DNA from: the human T2T-CHM13v2.0 reference genome, Homo sapiens
Direction: 5' to 3' (one strand)
Assembly: GCF_009914755.1 (NCBI RefSeq)
Contig: NC_060936.1
DNA: 64,000 nt
Numbering within the stretch: position 1 is the stretch's first letter; every line of letters begins with the position of its first letter. Made by a program: the position numbers and the translations under genes. Under the pieces are notes generated by a model. The model did not search any database and was not told the DNA's origin. It worked only from the letters and a program-made list of their open reading frames with translations. Positions 27,901 to 44,698 of this stretch are shown here, one piece after another.

Positions 27901-30900
27901 CTGGCCATACCTTCCCTCTCGGACCTGCTTCCTTTGGAAGCAGGGGGCTGGGGGCCCTGCTCTGTGCTCCCCCTCCATCCCAACCCCACCACTTCCTGAT
28001 CCAGGGGCCTGAGGGCCTGGGCAATTGAGCAGAAGAGCCCAGATAGAACTGGGTTCGAATCTCAGCTCTGCCACTTGCTGGCTGTGTGACCTTGGGTGAG
28101 CAACATTGCCTCTCAGCCTCAGTTTCTTTATGTGAAAAATGGAGACGAGGAACCGGCTCATCAGGTGGTTGTGGGGATAAAGCGAGGAGGCAGGGGCAGG
28201 GCACTGAACACAGGGCCTGCGTATTCACTGTGCATGTTCACTCAGCGCATGGGACGGGGTGACGATTCTGCACTGGGTGCTGTGCTGAGTCACAGAGGAG
28301 GTAGTGGTGGGCCATGCTGATCCAGCCTGCCTTCCAGAAGCCCACACTCAGGTGCAGGAGAGAAAAATGAACATGGAGTCCCTCCCGGTGCTCACACAGG
28401 GAGCCCTGGCTAGATGGGAGCATTGATGACAGTGATGATGATGGAGATGGAAACAAGTGCCACCCCAGGCCCTTTGCCTCTGCTGTTCCCTCTGCCTGGA
28501 ACATCCCCCCGACCCCCCCACCCCCGCCACACACACACACACCTCCTCCGCACCCTCACACTTCACCTGGCTGGCATGTGGCCTCAGTTTACCACTCACC
28601 TCCTCCAAAAGCCTTCCCTGACCCACCCTCCTCCTAATGCAGTTCTCCCCTCTTGCCCTCCATCTCTCCCTTTGCTTTATGTCCAAATGTGCCATCTGTT
28701 GTTGACTTGTTGCATCGCCTGTCTCCTCAGGAAACTGCGCCTTCCTGAGGGCACACATAGGAGCCCACTCACCGGTCCCCCTGAGTCTAGCACAGTGCCT
28801 GGCTCATGCTAAGAGCTTGAGTCTTTCTGGATGAATGGATGCATAAAGGAATGAATGAATGAACAGAGAAGTAGACAGACAAAGGCCCCCTTGCCTGCAA
28901 CATGGCCATCCTGCTCAGCTCAGTACATCTGGCTTCCCTAGGCCACCTGCCCAGCCCTCCAAAGGGGTTTGCTGGGTCTTGGAATAGGTGGAGGTCAGGT
29001 GCTGGTCCAAAGCAGGTGTGGATGCTTCTCTTCTTATCCTTGCTTTACTCAAAGGGAAGGAAGGGCCTTTATAGACCTTTCCTCTCAGCATTCAGGGGAC
29101 TAGTGAGTACTTTGAGGTGATGGGCTGGAAGGCCCCAGGCCTAGGAAATGTCCTTATTCTGGGGAAGGGCCTCATGCTGCCAGGTCCCGTCTGCATCTTC
29201 TCCCTCACTCCGTTTCACAGATCTTGGGTGTGGGGGCACTGGCCCTGACATGCAGGTCTGAACATTTCTACAATTCAATGCAATGAAATAGTAGCCATTA
29301 CTTACTGCACACACTGGTGCCAGGCTTAACACCCATGACCTCATTTCATTCTCACAAGAGCTCTCCATTCCCCAGAAGAGAAACCTGACAGTCAGAGTTG
29401 TGGTGGGGTGTGCCTGACATCACCCAGCCAGGAAGGGGTGAAGCTGGGATCAACCCCAGGACTCTGAGGTTCAATATCTGCTCATTCATCTAACATCTGC
29501 CATGTGCCAGACACTTTGGTGTGCGCTGTCTCCCGATGTCCTGAGAAGTAGGTATTCTATGCCCCACTTTGCAGAAGGGAAATTTGAGACTCAGAAAGGT
29601 GAAGTGGCTGAACCTCAGTCTCACAGCCTGCTAGGGGCAGAGCTGGCTGGAAACAAGGGTCTGCTTGAGCTCTCATCCAGTTTGTAACCTCTACCCTGTG
29701 GTTTCTTCCTCAACTCAAGGCCCTGGCCCTGGGGTGTTTCAGATCGATATAGGGCGTGGGTGGGCAGGGAGGGCACACATCTATCAAGCAGCAGGTGCTG
29801 AGTTTCTCAAGAGCCCCTGAAATATGACACAGTCCCTGCTGGTAAGGGAGATGTCATCCAGTTACAAGAATATCAAATAAATATGTAAAGAGTTACAAGA
29901 ATTCAATGACATATAGGAATGTTGAGTACTCTCCCAGGGTGCATGCGTGACTCACAAGTCTGAGCAGTTGGGCAGGGAAGGCAACCTTGAAAGATACATG
30001 GATTTGGAAACAGAAGCCCACAAAATAATCATTACAATTACAATGAACTGATCATTATGATGATGATAATAATCATTAATAATGACTACAATTCAGCCCC
30101 ATATTTGTAGGTCTTGCTGTTCCCATTTCACAGACAAAGATAATGAAGCTCAGAGACAGGAAGCAGCATGCCTAAGGCCAGCCAGCAGGTAGATGGGGCT
30201 CAAGCCCAGAGCCTTTGATCCCAAAGTCAGTTTCTCTTCTCCAGCCCTGGACTCGCAGAGTGTCACACTCACAGAGTGTCACAAGTAGCAGGTGGTCTGG
30301 CCTGGGTCTTGATGGTTGAGCCAGCATTTGTTTCAAGGGCCAGCTTCTTGGCCAAGGGCCAAGTGAGGCTGGGGCGGAGGTATCCGGTGGAGGTACTGCC
30401 TGAGCTCAGATGAACCCTTCCCTGCCCTCCAGGGCTTACAGGGCAGAGCAAGCTAAGCAAACTGATGATGACAGTGAAGAGCAGTGGATTCTGAGTTACC
30501 ATGGGAACAGGGAAGAAGAGGGGTGCCTCTTCTTCCTAGCCTGGCATGGGATCAAGGAAGGCTTCCTGGAGGAAGAGGTACCTTGGTGGAATTTTGGCTG
30601 GGCTAGAAGGTAAGAGAGGGCATTTGAGGCAGCAAAGGCACTGAAGTGAGCAATACCGTGGTGTGCGCAGAGAATCCAAACGCTGTTCTGTGTTCAGTTG
30701 GAACCTACAGTAAGTATGAGGCCAACATAAAGCAAGTTTTATCCTGAGGGCTCTGGGGAGCCAGGGTGGGTGTTAGGCAGGGATGGTGGGGTCATAATGA
30801 TGCTTTATAAAGTTCTCTGGCTGCGGCATGATAAATGGAGGGGCAGGGGGAAAGGAGTCAGGTGAGAGGTACAATGGCTGGAGAGGGGCAGTGGCATTAG

Positions 30901-31016
30901 GGACAGATGGAGAGGAGGTGACAGATAGGAAGATTTTGTAGGTGCCTGGAGCAGCCTTTCAGTTTTGGAGTCCACCTTGTCACTCTGTTCAAGGAGCGGG
31001 TATACCCTGCTCCCTT

Positions 31017-31315
31017 CTTTTGAGACTGGTTCTCACTCTGTCACCCAGGCTGCTGTGTGGTGGCACAATCACAGCTCACTGCAGCCTTGAACTCATGAGC
31101 TCAAGCCATCCTACCACCTCAATCTCTCAAGTAGCTGGAACTACAGTCATGTACTAGTATGCCTGGCTAATTTTTTACTTTTTTTTTTTTTTTTTGTAGA
31201 GATGGGGTTCTTGCTATGTTGCCCAGGGTGGTCTCGAACTTCTGGGCTCAAGCAATCCCCCACCCCTCGGCCTCCCAAAGTGCTGGGATAACAGGCATGA
31301 GCCACTGTGCCCGGC
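31017..31315 (-). mobile_element. AluJ SINE
   Basis: Antisense Alu dimer. Confidence 0.88.
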
Positions 31316-31401
31316 CATATACCCCTCTTTTGATAGTCTCCAGCTGGAGGTGGGGCCTCTTTTGCCGATGCCCTAGTTGGCATGGAAGCCCTTTATAACG
31401 G

Positions 31402-31832
31402 TGTTCTAATTAGGGCTCCCATAACAAAGTACCATAAATGTGGTGGCTTAAAACAACAGAGATTTACTCTGTCATGGTTCAGGAGGCCAGAAGTCTAGAA
31501 TGAAGGTGTAGACAGGACCAGGGACCCTCTGAGACACTGGGTCCTCTGAGAACCCTCCCTTGCCTCTTCCTAGCTTCTGGTGGTGGCTGGCAGTCCTGGG
31601 CTTGCGGTTGCATCACTCCAGCCTTGGCTGTTGCTGACACATGGCCTTCTCCCTGTGTGTCTGGCTTCACATGGCATTCCCTCTTATAAGGACAGCAGCC
31701 CACCCTCATGACCTCATCTTAACTTGATTACATCTGCAAAGACCTCATTTTCAAATAAAGTCACATTCATGGGGATCCGGGGTTAGGACTTCAAAATCTC
31801 TTTGTGGGGGACACGATTCCACTCCCAATAAC
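31402..31832 (-). mobile_element. MLT1 (B/C-like) solo LTR
   Basis: ataacaaagtaccata...ggcttaaaacaacagagattt...gacctcatcttaacttgattacatctgcaaagacc. Confidence 0.85.
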
Positions 31833-31840
31833 CCCTAAGG

Positions 31841-32535
<695 letters not shown>

Positions 32536-33227
32536 TCACTTCCCTTCCCCAGCAAAGTCTCAAACTGTCAGAATAAGTGAAATAGTCATTGCCTATCTCT
32601 GCGTTTGAGATTTTATTGGCAGTTTCATTGTCACCCAAAACAACCTCCTTTTCTCCGTTGGCGTTTTCATCAGATGGGTCTGTGGGCAGGAGGAGGAGGC
32701 AGGGCTGGCTCCTAAAAACAGGCCTGGGCAGGTCATGGTGCTGGCTCCACTGGGCTGGAGTCAGCAGGGGCAAAAGACCCCGTGGTGGGCTCTGCCATGC
32801 CTTGGCTCCTGCAGAAAGCTGCTGGGCACTCTCTCCAGGGAGCAAAAAGGAAGTGAGAGACGGAAGGTAAAAACACCCTGAGAGCCCCTGGAGATGGTCA
32901 CAATGGCCAGATGGGGCAGCCCAGACTGCACAGTGGGTCCTCAGGCCCTTCCCCAGTCCTCCCTGGTGGGAATTAGGGGGGCATTATGGTGGTGGGGTAG
33001 GAGCATGGGCTGTGGCATCAGACCCACCTGGCGGCAGGCACCTCAGAGCAAGCACTTCTCCCTGCAGAGCCTCAATGTGCCTGTCTGTCAAATGGGGTGG
33101 TAACAGGTACCTTCCATCAGCTGAGGGCTTGATCTGGGCCACACACCCAATTATCCTGTTCAGTCCTCCCCAGAACCGAGAGAGGTGGGTGTGCTCAAGC
33201 TCTTCATTTTCTTGATGTGGAAACTGA

Positions 33228-33645
<418 letters not shown>

Positions 33646-34171
33646 GCTGGTAATAAAGTGTCAACAGAGTACTAGGCACATGGGACAAAAAGCCATCTGT
33701 TATTGTTGTCTGGGCATGGGGTAGAATCTGGGCCCCTTGGCAGTCACTCTCTGTCCTGGGACTTTCTGGACATCACTGGGTAGTTTCACCCACAGGGTGG
33801 CCTAAGGAACCTCCAAGGGAATGGGGTGAGCTCAGGAGTTCCACTGAGACTGGGGGTCCCTGTGTGGGGCTCAATCCTGCTTCATGCTGTGATCCTGCTG
33901 GTGTACTCTGTCCCTGGCCCCCAGCAGGGCTGGGTGCCACTCTACCACATCCAAGCATCACAGAAGGGAATCTGAGGCCCAGAGAGCTGTCCCTTGCTCA
34001 GGGCTCCTGAGCCAGGGAGGTGGATACAGTGGTTAGAACCACAGATTGTGGAGTCAGTGAACTCCATGTTTGAGTTCTGGTGTGGCCACCTGCTGGTTGG
34101 TTAACAAGTTGCTGAGTCTCAGAGTCTCAGTTGCATCCTCTGCACATTGGGATAATAAAGGATTCCTCTGG

Positions 34172-34371
<200 letters not shown>

Positions 34372-34739
34372 TCACATCCCCCTGCTAAGGCCGAGGGGAC
34401 AAATGATGCTACACAGAAGACATTAGCACACAGAGAAAAGAAGACAGAGTTTTGGCATCTACAGGCTCCTTGAAGATCTCAGACTCCAGCCCATTCTTGG
34501 TGCAGAGGAGGAAACTGAGGCCCAGAGATTAGGGAGGGTTTCCACTTAGCCACCCCGCAGAACAGGGGCTTGTTCCTTGGCCCTGTAACTCCCGATCCAG
34601 AATGTCAGCCACCTCCCCAGCTGGCGTCGTCCCGGGAGTCCCCTCCGCCCCTCACCTGCCCTTCTCCCCGTGTCTCTGCCTTCGAGAGCCCAAGCTGCGG
34701 GCCCGCAGTGAGGAATGCCATTCTCCCTCTCCCCGGCAC

Positions 34740-35345
34740 ACTGAAGGTTTTGAAAGTTAAAGTATTACCGTCGGCTTTGTTGTTGCCTAACTACGACAGA
34801 CAAATTGAGAACCAGTTGTCAAAATGTCAGTGCACAACAAATCAACATGCAGAACGAGTCTCAGCGCTCTGCGGTGTATAATTAAACAAAAAATCCCTTT
34901 TAGAAATTTCAGCGAGCGTTGGTTCCACTTTATATTTGTCTGTGTGATTAATAAAGGCAGCTAATTTTCAGACTTTAAAAACAGCTAGAAAATAGCTCCT
35001 AATTACATATTAGGTTCCTCGCGGCCCCCGCTGCGCTCCGCCGGCATTGGTGGGCCGAAGAATTTGGCAGAGTCTTAATTGCATTCTGAGCATCATCTAA
35101 TTTTAGTTAAATGTAATGTAATCAGCAGCAGATGTCTGAAATAAAATATGAATTATGAATATGATGAAATTTCATTCTTGAATAAAAAAGTAATTTGCTA
35201 TTTAGTTCATTAAAGTCATAGAGGTTTATTAGGAGCAGGTATATATGGCCCGATGAGGGTATATATTAAGTGATACTGGGAGACAGAAACCCCAAAGGGA
35301 TGGGAAACTTCATCCAGGAGAGTTCAGTTATGATTAATGACTGTG
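34740..35345. promoter_or_regulatory. Candidate conserved non-coding enhancer
   Basis: AT-rich non-repeat island in a GC-rich context with many TAAT/ATTA cores and retained CpGs. Confidence 0.6.
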
Positions 35346-35841
35346 GGGGCTGGAGAGGCTCCTGGGGACCCTGAGTTTACCCAGCCGGAGAATTCCCTCG
35401 GGCTCTTTGAGGAAGGCCCTGAGTTTTGGGACAAGGGGACTTAGAGAGGAAAGCCCTGGGTGCTGCCCCTGAGCCCTGTCCCACCCCTGACACCCACCCC
35501 CACCTCCTTACCGCTTCCAAGATGGGCACAGTGGAGAGCTGGCTCCTTGGACATTGCTCTATGCAGGACACTCACCTGGGCCTGGTGACACAGCATGAGA
35601 TGGTGATCAGCTTCTTACACACTGAGCAGAGATTGGGGCTCTGCCTCTCGCTGTGTGACCTCAGGCCAGAACCTCAGTTTCCCTTTCTATACAAGGGGAC
35701 TAATCATAGTACCTATCAGACACTCTGAACAGTACCTGGAATGTGGCAAAGCCCTCGTTTAGCGTTAGCTGCTGGAGTTGCTGTTATTAGCTGTAGAGGT
35801 CATATTTTAAATTAGTATTAAAATGCCTTCTTTTGTTTTCA

Positions 35842-36558
<717 letters not shown>

Positions 36559-39500
36559 TAAATGATGTGTCTGCAGTCACACAGTGAATAATTGCCAAAG
36601 TTGAGATTTGAACCAGAACCGTCCTGCTCCCGGTGTTCCCTGCTACATCCAGAGCAGTGCCAGGACAGCTGGCGGGAGTCCTGGCTGAGGATTCTGGAGG
36701 GGGTGGCTCATCAGCCCCAGAAGGAGACAGAGAAGAGTGAGGGACAGGCGGGTAGGATCTGCCAGAAGATGCTCTGGTCAGGTCGGGGACAGAGGCTGCC
36801 TCTCCAACCTCCCACTTCACACCAACCAATGATTTCCTGCAATTATCTGGAAAAGATTAATTAGTAAAGTGCACCATATTGACTGAAGGCCGCCCCGGCG
36901 ATCGATAACTTGGGAAAGTCTCCCAGGTGCCCAGAGAAAAAAACCGAACTGGAAAGTGGGGGAGGAGGCTCATTTTGCAACCCTGGGGTTGTCCACTCGG
37001 CTCTCTGGGTCGGGGCCAGCTCTGCGTGACTCCCTCTTGGCTTCAAGCAAGACCTTTTTGCCTCTCTGAACCTGTTTCCCCACATGTAAAGTGGGGGGCT
37101 GGACTGACCCCTATCCAGGGATCTTCCTTCTACTGGAGGAAGTTCTGGGAGGAGAGCAGGCACTCTGGGGGTACCGGGGGCTGATCGGGTGGCTGCTGTG
37201 GAGGGAGCCCCCTTCTCTAGGGCTTGACTTTCCGCTGCTGATGTGGAAGACAGCTGGAGACCAAGGACGCCTCAGGGATCCATGGTGGCTGCCATCTGAG
37301 GGTGAAAGAGAATGTCTGGTCTAAGGAAGACCAACGTCTGCTGGCTACGGTTTCTGGCAGGGCAAAGAGTCAAGTGTGTGCATCATATGGGTTAAGATGA
37401 TAAGCCAGGGAGACAGGGGAATAATAACCCCAAGTCCTCACTTCCCCAAGCATTGCCCTAAGGGTCTCCTTGCCTCTTTGAACCTCAGTATCCTTCTCTG
37501 TAAATAGTGCGGTCCTGTTGAGCTGCTGGGAGTCTCCGAAGGGTTGGTGTGAGCCCATGGCCCAGCCCGGTGCCTGCGCAGAGCAGGTGCAGGGTCAACA
37601 GAAGCTGCTGTCACAGTGAGCTGCTATAGTCTCCCCCAAGCCCCAGTCAGTATCCCAGCAGGACATGGCATTCCACTGGGATGGTACCAGCGAAGAGAGT
37701 TTAGTAAAGGGAGTTCTGTAAACAGAGTTGCAAACCAAACAGGGATGGTGAGACCATCAGGGTCGGGAAACAGCAAGGTCCCCCCTTCTCATTTCCAAGG
37801 TCTGATGGGGCAGAAACGGAGTTGCCAGATCCCACAAGGAGCTGGAGCCATGGAGAGGGGTGCCACCAGGTGAGCAGGAGCCTTCGTCACAAAGGGACAG
37901 ATTATTGCCAGGAATGCAGCACTTAAGCCAGCTGAGTTGGGCAGAGACACCCCAAACTCTCCCTCTGCCCGCTCCCAGCCTCCCATTGGATGATTCCACC
38001 TGAAACTTAGAGGACAAGTTGCCCCTGGATGCTGTCTATGGAGGTCAGCTTCCCAGGGTAAAGAGCCAGGCAGGGAACAGGAGAACAGACCAATGGTAAA
38101 AGGGAAAAGCCTACCACAGCCCTTCTTCCCAGAAATTTGGAGAAGTGTTTTATGGGAGGAGTCTTCTGGGTGGCAGTGGGCAAGAGGGGGTCTTCACCAG
38201 GCAGAGACTTCACCCCATGTTGCAGACCCTGAGTCCCATGAGGCCTCACCTTGCCCATGAGAAGAATCTCACTTCACGCCCAGCACTCCTGAAACAGAGC
38301 TCCTTGGGAGTTGCAAGGATGTCAGACACGCCTGGGTTTGCCAATTTCCAACTTATTTGCTTATGCCCTGGATGTAGCGGCTTCACCTCTCTGAGATGAA
38401 ATGACACCGCATCAGCAGCGTCCCCAGCACGGTGCTTGATGTGTAGTGGGGGCTCACAAAGCACTCCCTCCCTCCCTTTTCCACCTTCTTTCTAATAAGC
38501 CACCCGTACCACCAGCCATTTGTCTAATAGTGATTGGGCTCCTGCCACGTGCCAGGCCTGCACCGGGCCCCGGCCCAAGCTGCTGCAGAACTGAGAATCA
38601 TTTGTCCTGCAACAAACACTGTCTGAGCATCTCCTCCGAGCCAGACTCTGGGGACACAGCGGCCACAAGACAGCTCTGGCCCCTGCTCCTGTGAGGTCCA
38701 CGGTGTCTCAGGGAAGCAGACTGGAAGCTGGAGTTTGGGTGTTTGGGGTTTTAATGGGGTGTTGGGAGGGCCTGGATGCCAGTCAGCAGCATCCATCAAG
38801 GAAAGAACCCCTCCAGTATTCTCAGCCTGACATCTGGGAAGGAGTCCTAGATGGGGTTCTCAGTGTGCAAGACCCCAGCACACAAGTCCAAGCAGCCCTC
38901 AAATCCTGGGCCTGGAGGGGTCTGGGAGGGCTGGACCACTCAGGTACTTTCCCTCCACTCACCCCCAGGACCACCGCCCACCACCTCACCTCCCACCAGG
39001 ACCTGAGGGCGCTGGCCTGCTGCCCCCTGGCCACTCCCTGGCCCAGGTCAGCCGCCTGCCCCTGCTCTATTCATCAAGGGCATGACAACTGAAATTCATT
39101 TGAAGATGAAGAAAGTGCCCGCTAATCCATTCTGCAAGACATTGATAGACTAGCAGCTCAGGGAGAATTGCACGGCAGTAATGAAATTAGGCTAAAACTG
39201 CTGGCGGATTGCAGATAATTGCCCTTGTCTGTCACTAGGAATAACATCTCCCAAATCCAACACAATGATTGTTCAAGTTGCAGGAATTTCTTTTCTTTTC
39301 CTTTTTTTTTTTTTTTAAAGGCAGGAGAGGCAAGGCCAATCTGGGTCTTGGAAGCTTTGCCTGGGCAGCAGCCTGGGGTGTGGGAAGTGGGCATCTGTAT
39401 ACTCACCACCTCCCCTGCCCAGCCTCAGCCAGTAGGGATGGGGGTACAGGGCAGGAGGAGGAGGTCAGGACATTTTTCCCTGGATGCCCTCCACTCGCAT

Positions 39501-39586
39501 ATTCTAGCCAGTAAGGTCCTGGGTGGAAAGCAGAGAGGGAGCAGGGAATCTTGGGGAGTGGGGCCTAAGCAGTGACAGCTCTGGAT

Positions 39587-39748
39587 TTGTTTTAGTTTTT
39601 GTTTTGAGACAGGGTGTCACTCTGTCACCCAGGTTGGAGTGCAGTGGTGCGATCATAGCTCCCAGCAGCCTCGAACTCCTGGGGCCAAAGCGGTCCTCCT
39701 GCCTCAGCCTCCCAAGTGGCTGGGACTACAGACACATGCCACCAGACC
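39587..39748 (-). mobile_element. Alu monomer with 16-bp TSD tgacagctctggattt
   Basis: Direct repeats at about 39573 and 39753 flank an antisense right-arm monomer. Confidence 0.85.
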
Positions 39749-41144
39749 GAATTGACAGCTCTGGATTTTTATGAGATTGAGTCTGCCTGGAAGAAGAGTC
39801 ATAAAGTCACACTTCCATTATGTTGAGGCAACATCCATTCCGCACATAAGAGAATGGACTGAGGCGGGGCAGCTCAAGCCCCACTAAGCCACTCCCCAAG
39901 GCTGCTATGGGGTCTAGATTCTCAGAGAGGAAAGTTCTGAGAAGGGACTCTTTATGGACTCAGTGGTTTCCTAGGCTGTTGGCGTGATCGGCGCATAGCT
40001 GGCTGTAGTTAATGCTGCCTGAGTGAATGACGTCAGAGAGCATTCAATGTCAGCAACAGCATGTTTGAATGTCAGCATGATGGGCTTGTCACGTGTTAGC
40101 ATTATGGCATGTGTGCATGTCATCGGATGATGTCATAGAAGATTTGAATGTCAACATCGTGCTATGTTCCAATGTCAGCAGCCCAGAAAGCTTGACTGTC
40201 CTTCTCCTAGGTGGTTGGAGTGTCAACATCATGTTTTAGCACAGGCAGATAATTGACTCAGAGAACGGGGAGCTGTAAGGAGTGCTAGGGATTGGTCCAA
40301 ACTTCACTTGACAGATGAGGAAATGGAGGCCCAGAGAAGTTAAGTGATTTGCCCAAGGTCACACAGCAAGAAGGATCCTAAATGTAAGCTTCATCAGTGT
40401 CACAGTTTGGGCTAGGTCAGCCCTTGGAGAACTTGTAACCCTTTCTCTCCACCAGGTCCCTCTGGTCCCAGTCCCCCTGGGGTGCTGGTTCCTGGTCCTC
40501 AGTTCTTGGGAATATGCCCATGCTCTGAAATTGATTGCAGGAATTCCCAGAATCCTTTGGCCTGCTAACCATGGGTTAGTCAATTTCGCTCATCAGCCCC
40601 AGCCATGGAAGGAGTCACGCTTTCTCTATCCTCATTCCTTTTGATCAAAAGGAGTCTGTTGAGGGCTTCTTATGGCCAAGGAAGGGTGCTGAGAATGAGA
40701 TGAGGCCATGAGGAAGATGGCAGAGTGGACTGGAGCCGTAGAGGAGGGAGATGTGATCCCCATTGAGGGCTTATGTTTGGGAAGTCTTCAGGAAGAAGTT
40801 GACTTTTGAAGGGGGTTTTGAAGGAGCCGAAAGGTTTTCACCTGGAGCCTCAGCCAGAGTTGGAATTGGGAGAGGGGCTAGGTATGGGGATAGAAGACAT
40901 TTGCCCCCAAAATGGGGAAGAGGCCCAGATAATGGGGGTAGAGGTGGTGGTACAGTACCCGATGATGTAGGGCCATTTATTATGGTCTTTCTTTTCATCA
41001 GATTTCATCCACAACCTCCAATACCCCTGGCAGCCCTGGAAGAATCAGTGATTGTCAAAGTGTGATCCACAGACCTCTGCGGGTCCCCAAGACTCTTTCA
41101 GGGTTTCTGGGAGGTCAAAACTGTTTTCATCATAACGCAAAGAT

Positions 41145-41237
41145 GTCCTTTCATCAAAGTACTTGCCAGGCCTGACCCTACGTAGCTTTGGAGATGCAGA
41201 CAAAATTGGGCACATTCAGGGTAGCACGGCTACAGAC
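41145..41237 (-). pseudogene. 5S rRNA retropseudogene, 3'-truncated (about nt 1-91), no poly(A) tail
   Basis: Minus strand gtctgtagccgtgctaccctgaatgtgcccaattttgtctgcatctccaaagctacgtagggtcaggcctggcaagtactttgatgaaaggac is colinear with 5S GTCTACGGCCATACCACCCTGAACGCGCCCG...GGATGGGAGAC; flanked by aacgcaaagat and aatacaaagat. Confidence 0.88.
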
Positions 41238-41440
41238 AATACAAAGATATTATTGGCCTTTTTCACCATGTTGACATTTGCACTCAGGGTGCAAAAGTCA
41301 TGGGTGGCTACAACTGCTGGTTTCGTAGCATCGACCAGAGCAGTGGAACCACACTGGGAGAGAAATCATCTCTTTCTTCATCTTAAATACTCTTGGCAAA
41401 AAAGCCAGTTTCACTTAAGAATGCCCTTGATGAAAATTTA

Positions 41441-41899
<459 letters not shown>

Positions 41900-43854
41900 C
41901 TAGCCACTCTTCATGGAACACCATTTGTACTTGAAAGAACAACCAACCAACAAACTATAGCCTTTCAGACTGGGACATTGGCAGATATTCTCTTAAAAAT
42001 GAACAAAGTTGCCTGTCAACTGACAGTATTTGTTGCCAATGATAAAATTTGACTTGCAAGCAAAAATTAGAATTTTGGAGAACTTGTGTCTGCCACCGTG
42101 GGTTTGACAGCTTCCTACTTAAATACTTTCCCAGAGACTGGTGGTATATTAGTGAATGTGACTTTTTTGGATATTGTATTATGAAATGTGACATCATCTA
42201 GAAGAGATGCATAATTCAGTAAACCAGTATTTTTTCCAATGACCAATGCATCATGTTACAAAATGAATAAAAGACCCATTCAAAGTGCAAAGCAGACCAG
42301 CGGGTTTTAACAGAGTAGGAAGAGCTCATTGATGTGGTTTCAGATACCATATTGTAACAAACCATTGAGAAACTACCACTTGTGAAGATCTGGTTTAGTA
42401 TCCAAGAAGGATATCCATAATTATCTGAGAAGGCTATTAAAATACTCTTTCCTTTTTGAGCCAAATATCTGTGTGAAGCCAGATATTCTTCCCACACTTA
42501 AACCAAAACATGTTGCAACAAGCTGAATGCAAAAGCACATATGAGAATCCAGCTGTGTTCTATTAAGCCAGTCATTACAGAGATTTGCAAAAATGTTAAA
42601 CAATAAATGAATTCCCATTTTATGGGTGCTGAAACTGGGGCTTAGAAAGTGGCAGAGCTGTGCCTTGGATCAAATCCCTTTCTCTGCTGTGCCTCAGTCT
42701 CCCCATCTGGTCGCCGACCTAGAAGCTGATGAGCAAAGGTCTTCTCACATCTCCTGCCCAGGCATCAGTGCCAGGCTCTGGCCCCTTGGCCCTCTTCCCC
42801 ACCTGCTGCCCAAGGTGGGCGGGGTCCAGGCCCTGGGAGGCTGGTGGCCAGCCTCACGTCCCCAGGCCTGGCAAGGAGATGACCAGGGTCGTTTGCAGTA
42901 ATGAATTGCGGACGGGTGGCGGCCGGGTGAAGGAGTGCGCCGGCCATGGCCCGTAATGCCTCACACGCCAGGTCTGGCACGGGTAATTTACTGCCACCGA
43001 CAATAACATATTTCACTTCCCGTCGCCCCAATGAAGATTAGTTGTGTTTGCAAGTGGCTGAGTACACAGTCAATTCCGCTTAAACGTTTACAGTCAACTG
43101 AGCACAGATAATGCCCCCTCCGAACATGTATCTGTGCCTCCTGCAGCTCGGGGAGGGGCTCAGAGCAGAGGAAGGGGGTCCCCGCCCCAGGAAGGGACTG
43201 CAGCTGCTGCTTCACCGAGACCCAGGCTGTATAGTGGGAGGGATTTGGGAGCCGGGGGTTGGGCTGAGATCTATAGCTTCCTTTGATGCCCCCCTCCCCC
43301 ACCTCTTTTCAGATTGTCCTTTAAAATCATTCATTCAACAAACACTTTGCTAAGGACCTCTGTATAGCCTTTAGGTACAGGGAGAATTCAAAGCCATGAT
43401 TATATTTGATTCTAGCGACATCCTAGGAGGCATATTTGCTCTCCAGTTTCCAAAAGAAGGGAAGTTAAGGCTCAGGGAGGCTCAATAGCTTTCCCAAGGT
43501 CACATAGCTGGTGCCATGCAGAGTCAGGATTTGAACCCAGGCCTGATGGGGTTTCTGAGTCTCATATTATTCCTAGTGGTCCTGATTGTACAAGCTTGAG
43601 CCCTGGCCTGGGCTAGATTGTCTGCCCTGTCCAACAATGGCCCCACAGCTGCTAGAGGAACTCTAGATTCATATTCCCTGTGCACCTATATTTGGGTTGA
43701 CCAGTAGACTCTGGTTTGGAATCCCTGGGTCAGGTAGGGGGTCCTATGGCAGGGCTGGGGTGCTTTGAGCCTGAAGTCATTTAAGCCTGGACAGAGGAGG
43801 GAGGCCTGGAATTTTTCTTGTCAGGTGAAGGAGTTTGCTCCTGAGAAGCAGGCT

Positions 43855-44698
<844 letters not shown>

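Noticed and set aside
34082-34097. Second CTCF-like motif (reverse strand CCAGCAGGTGGCCA)
   Set aside because: Mismatch after GGC and lies in MIR-like sequence
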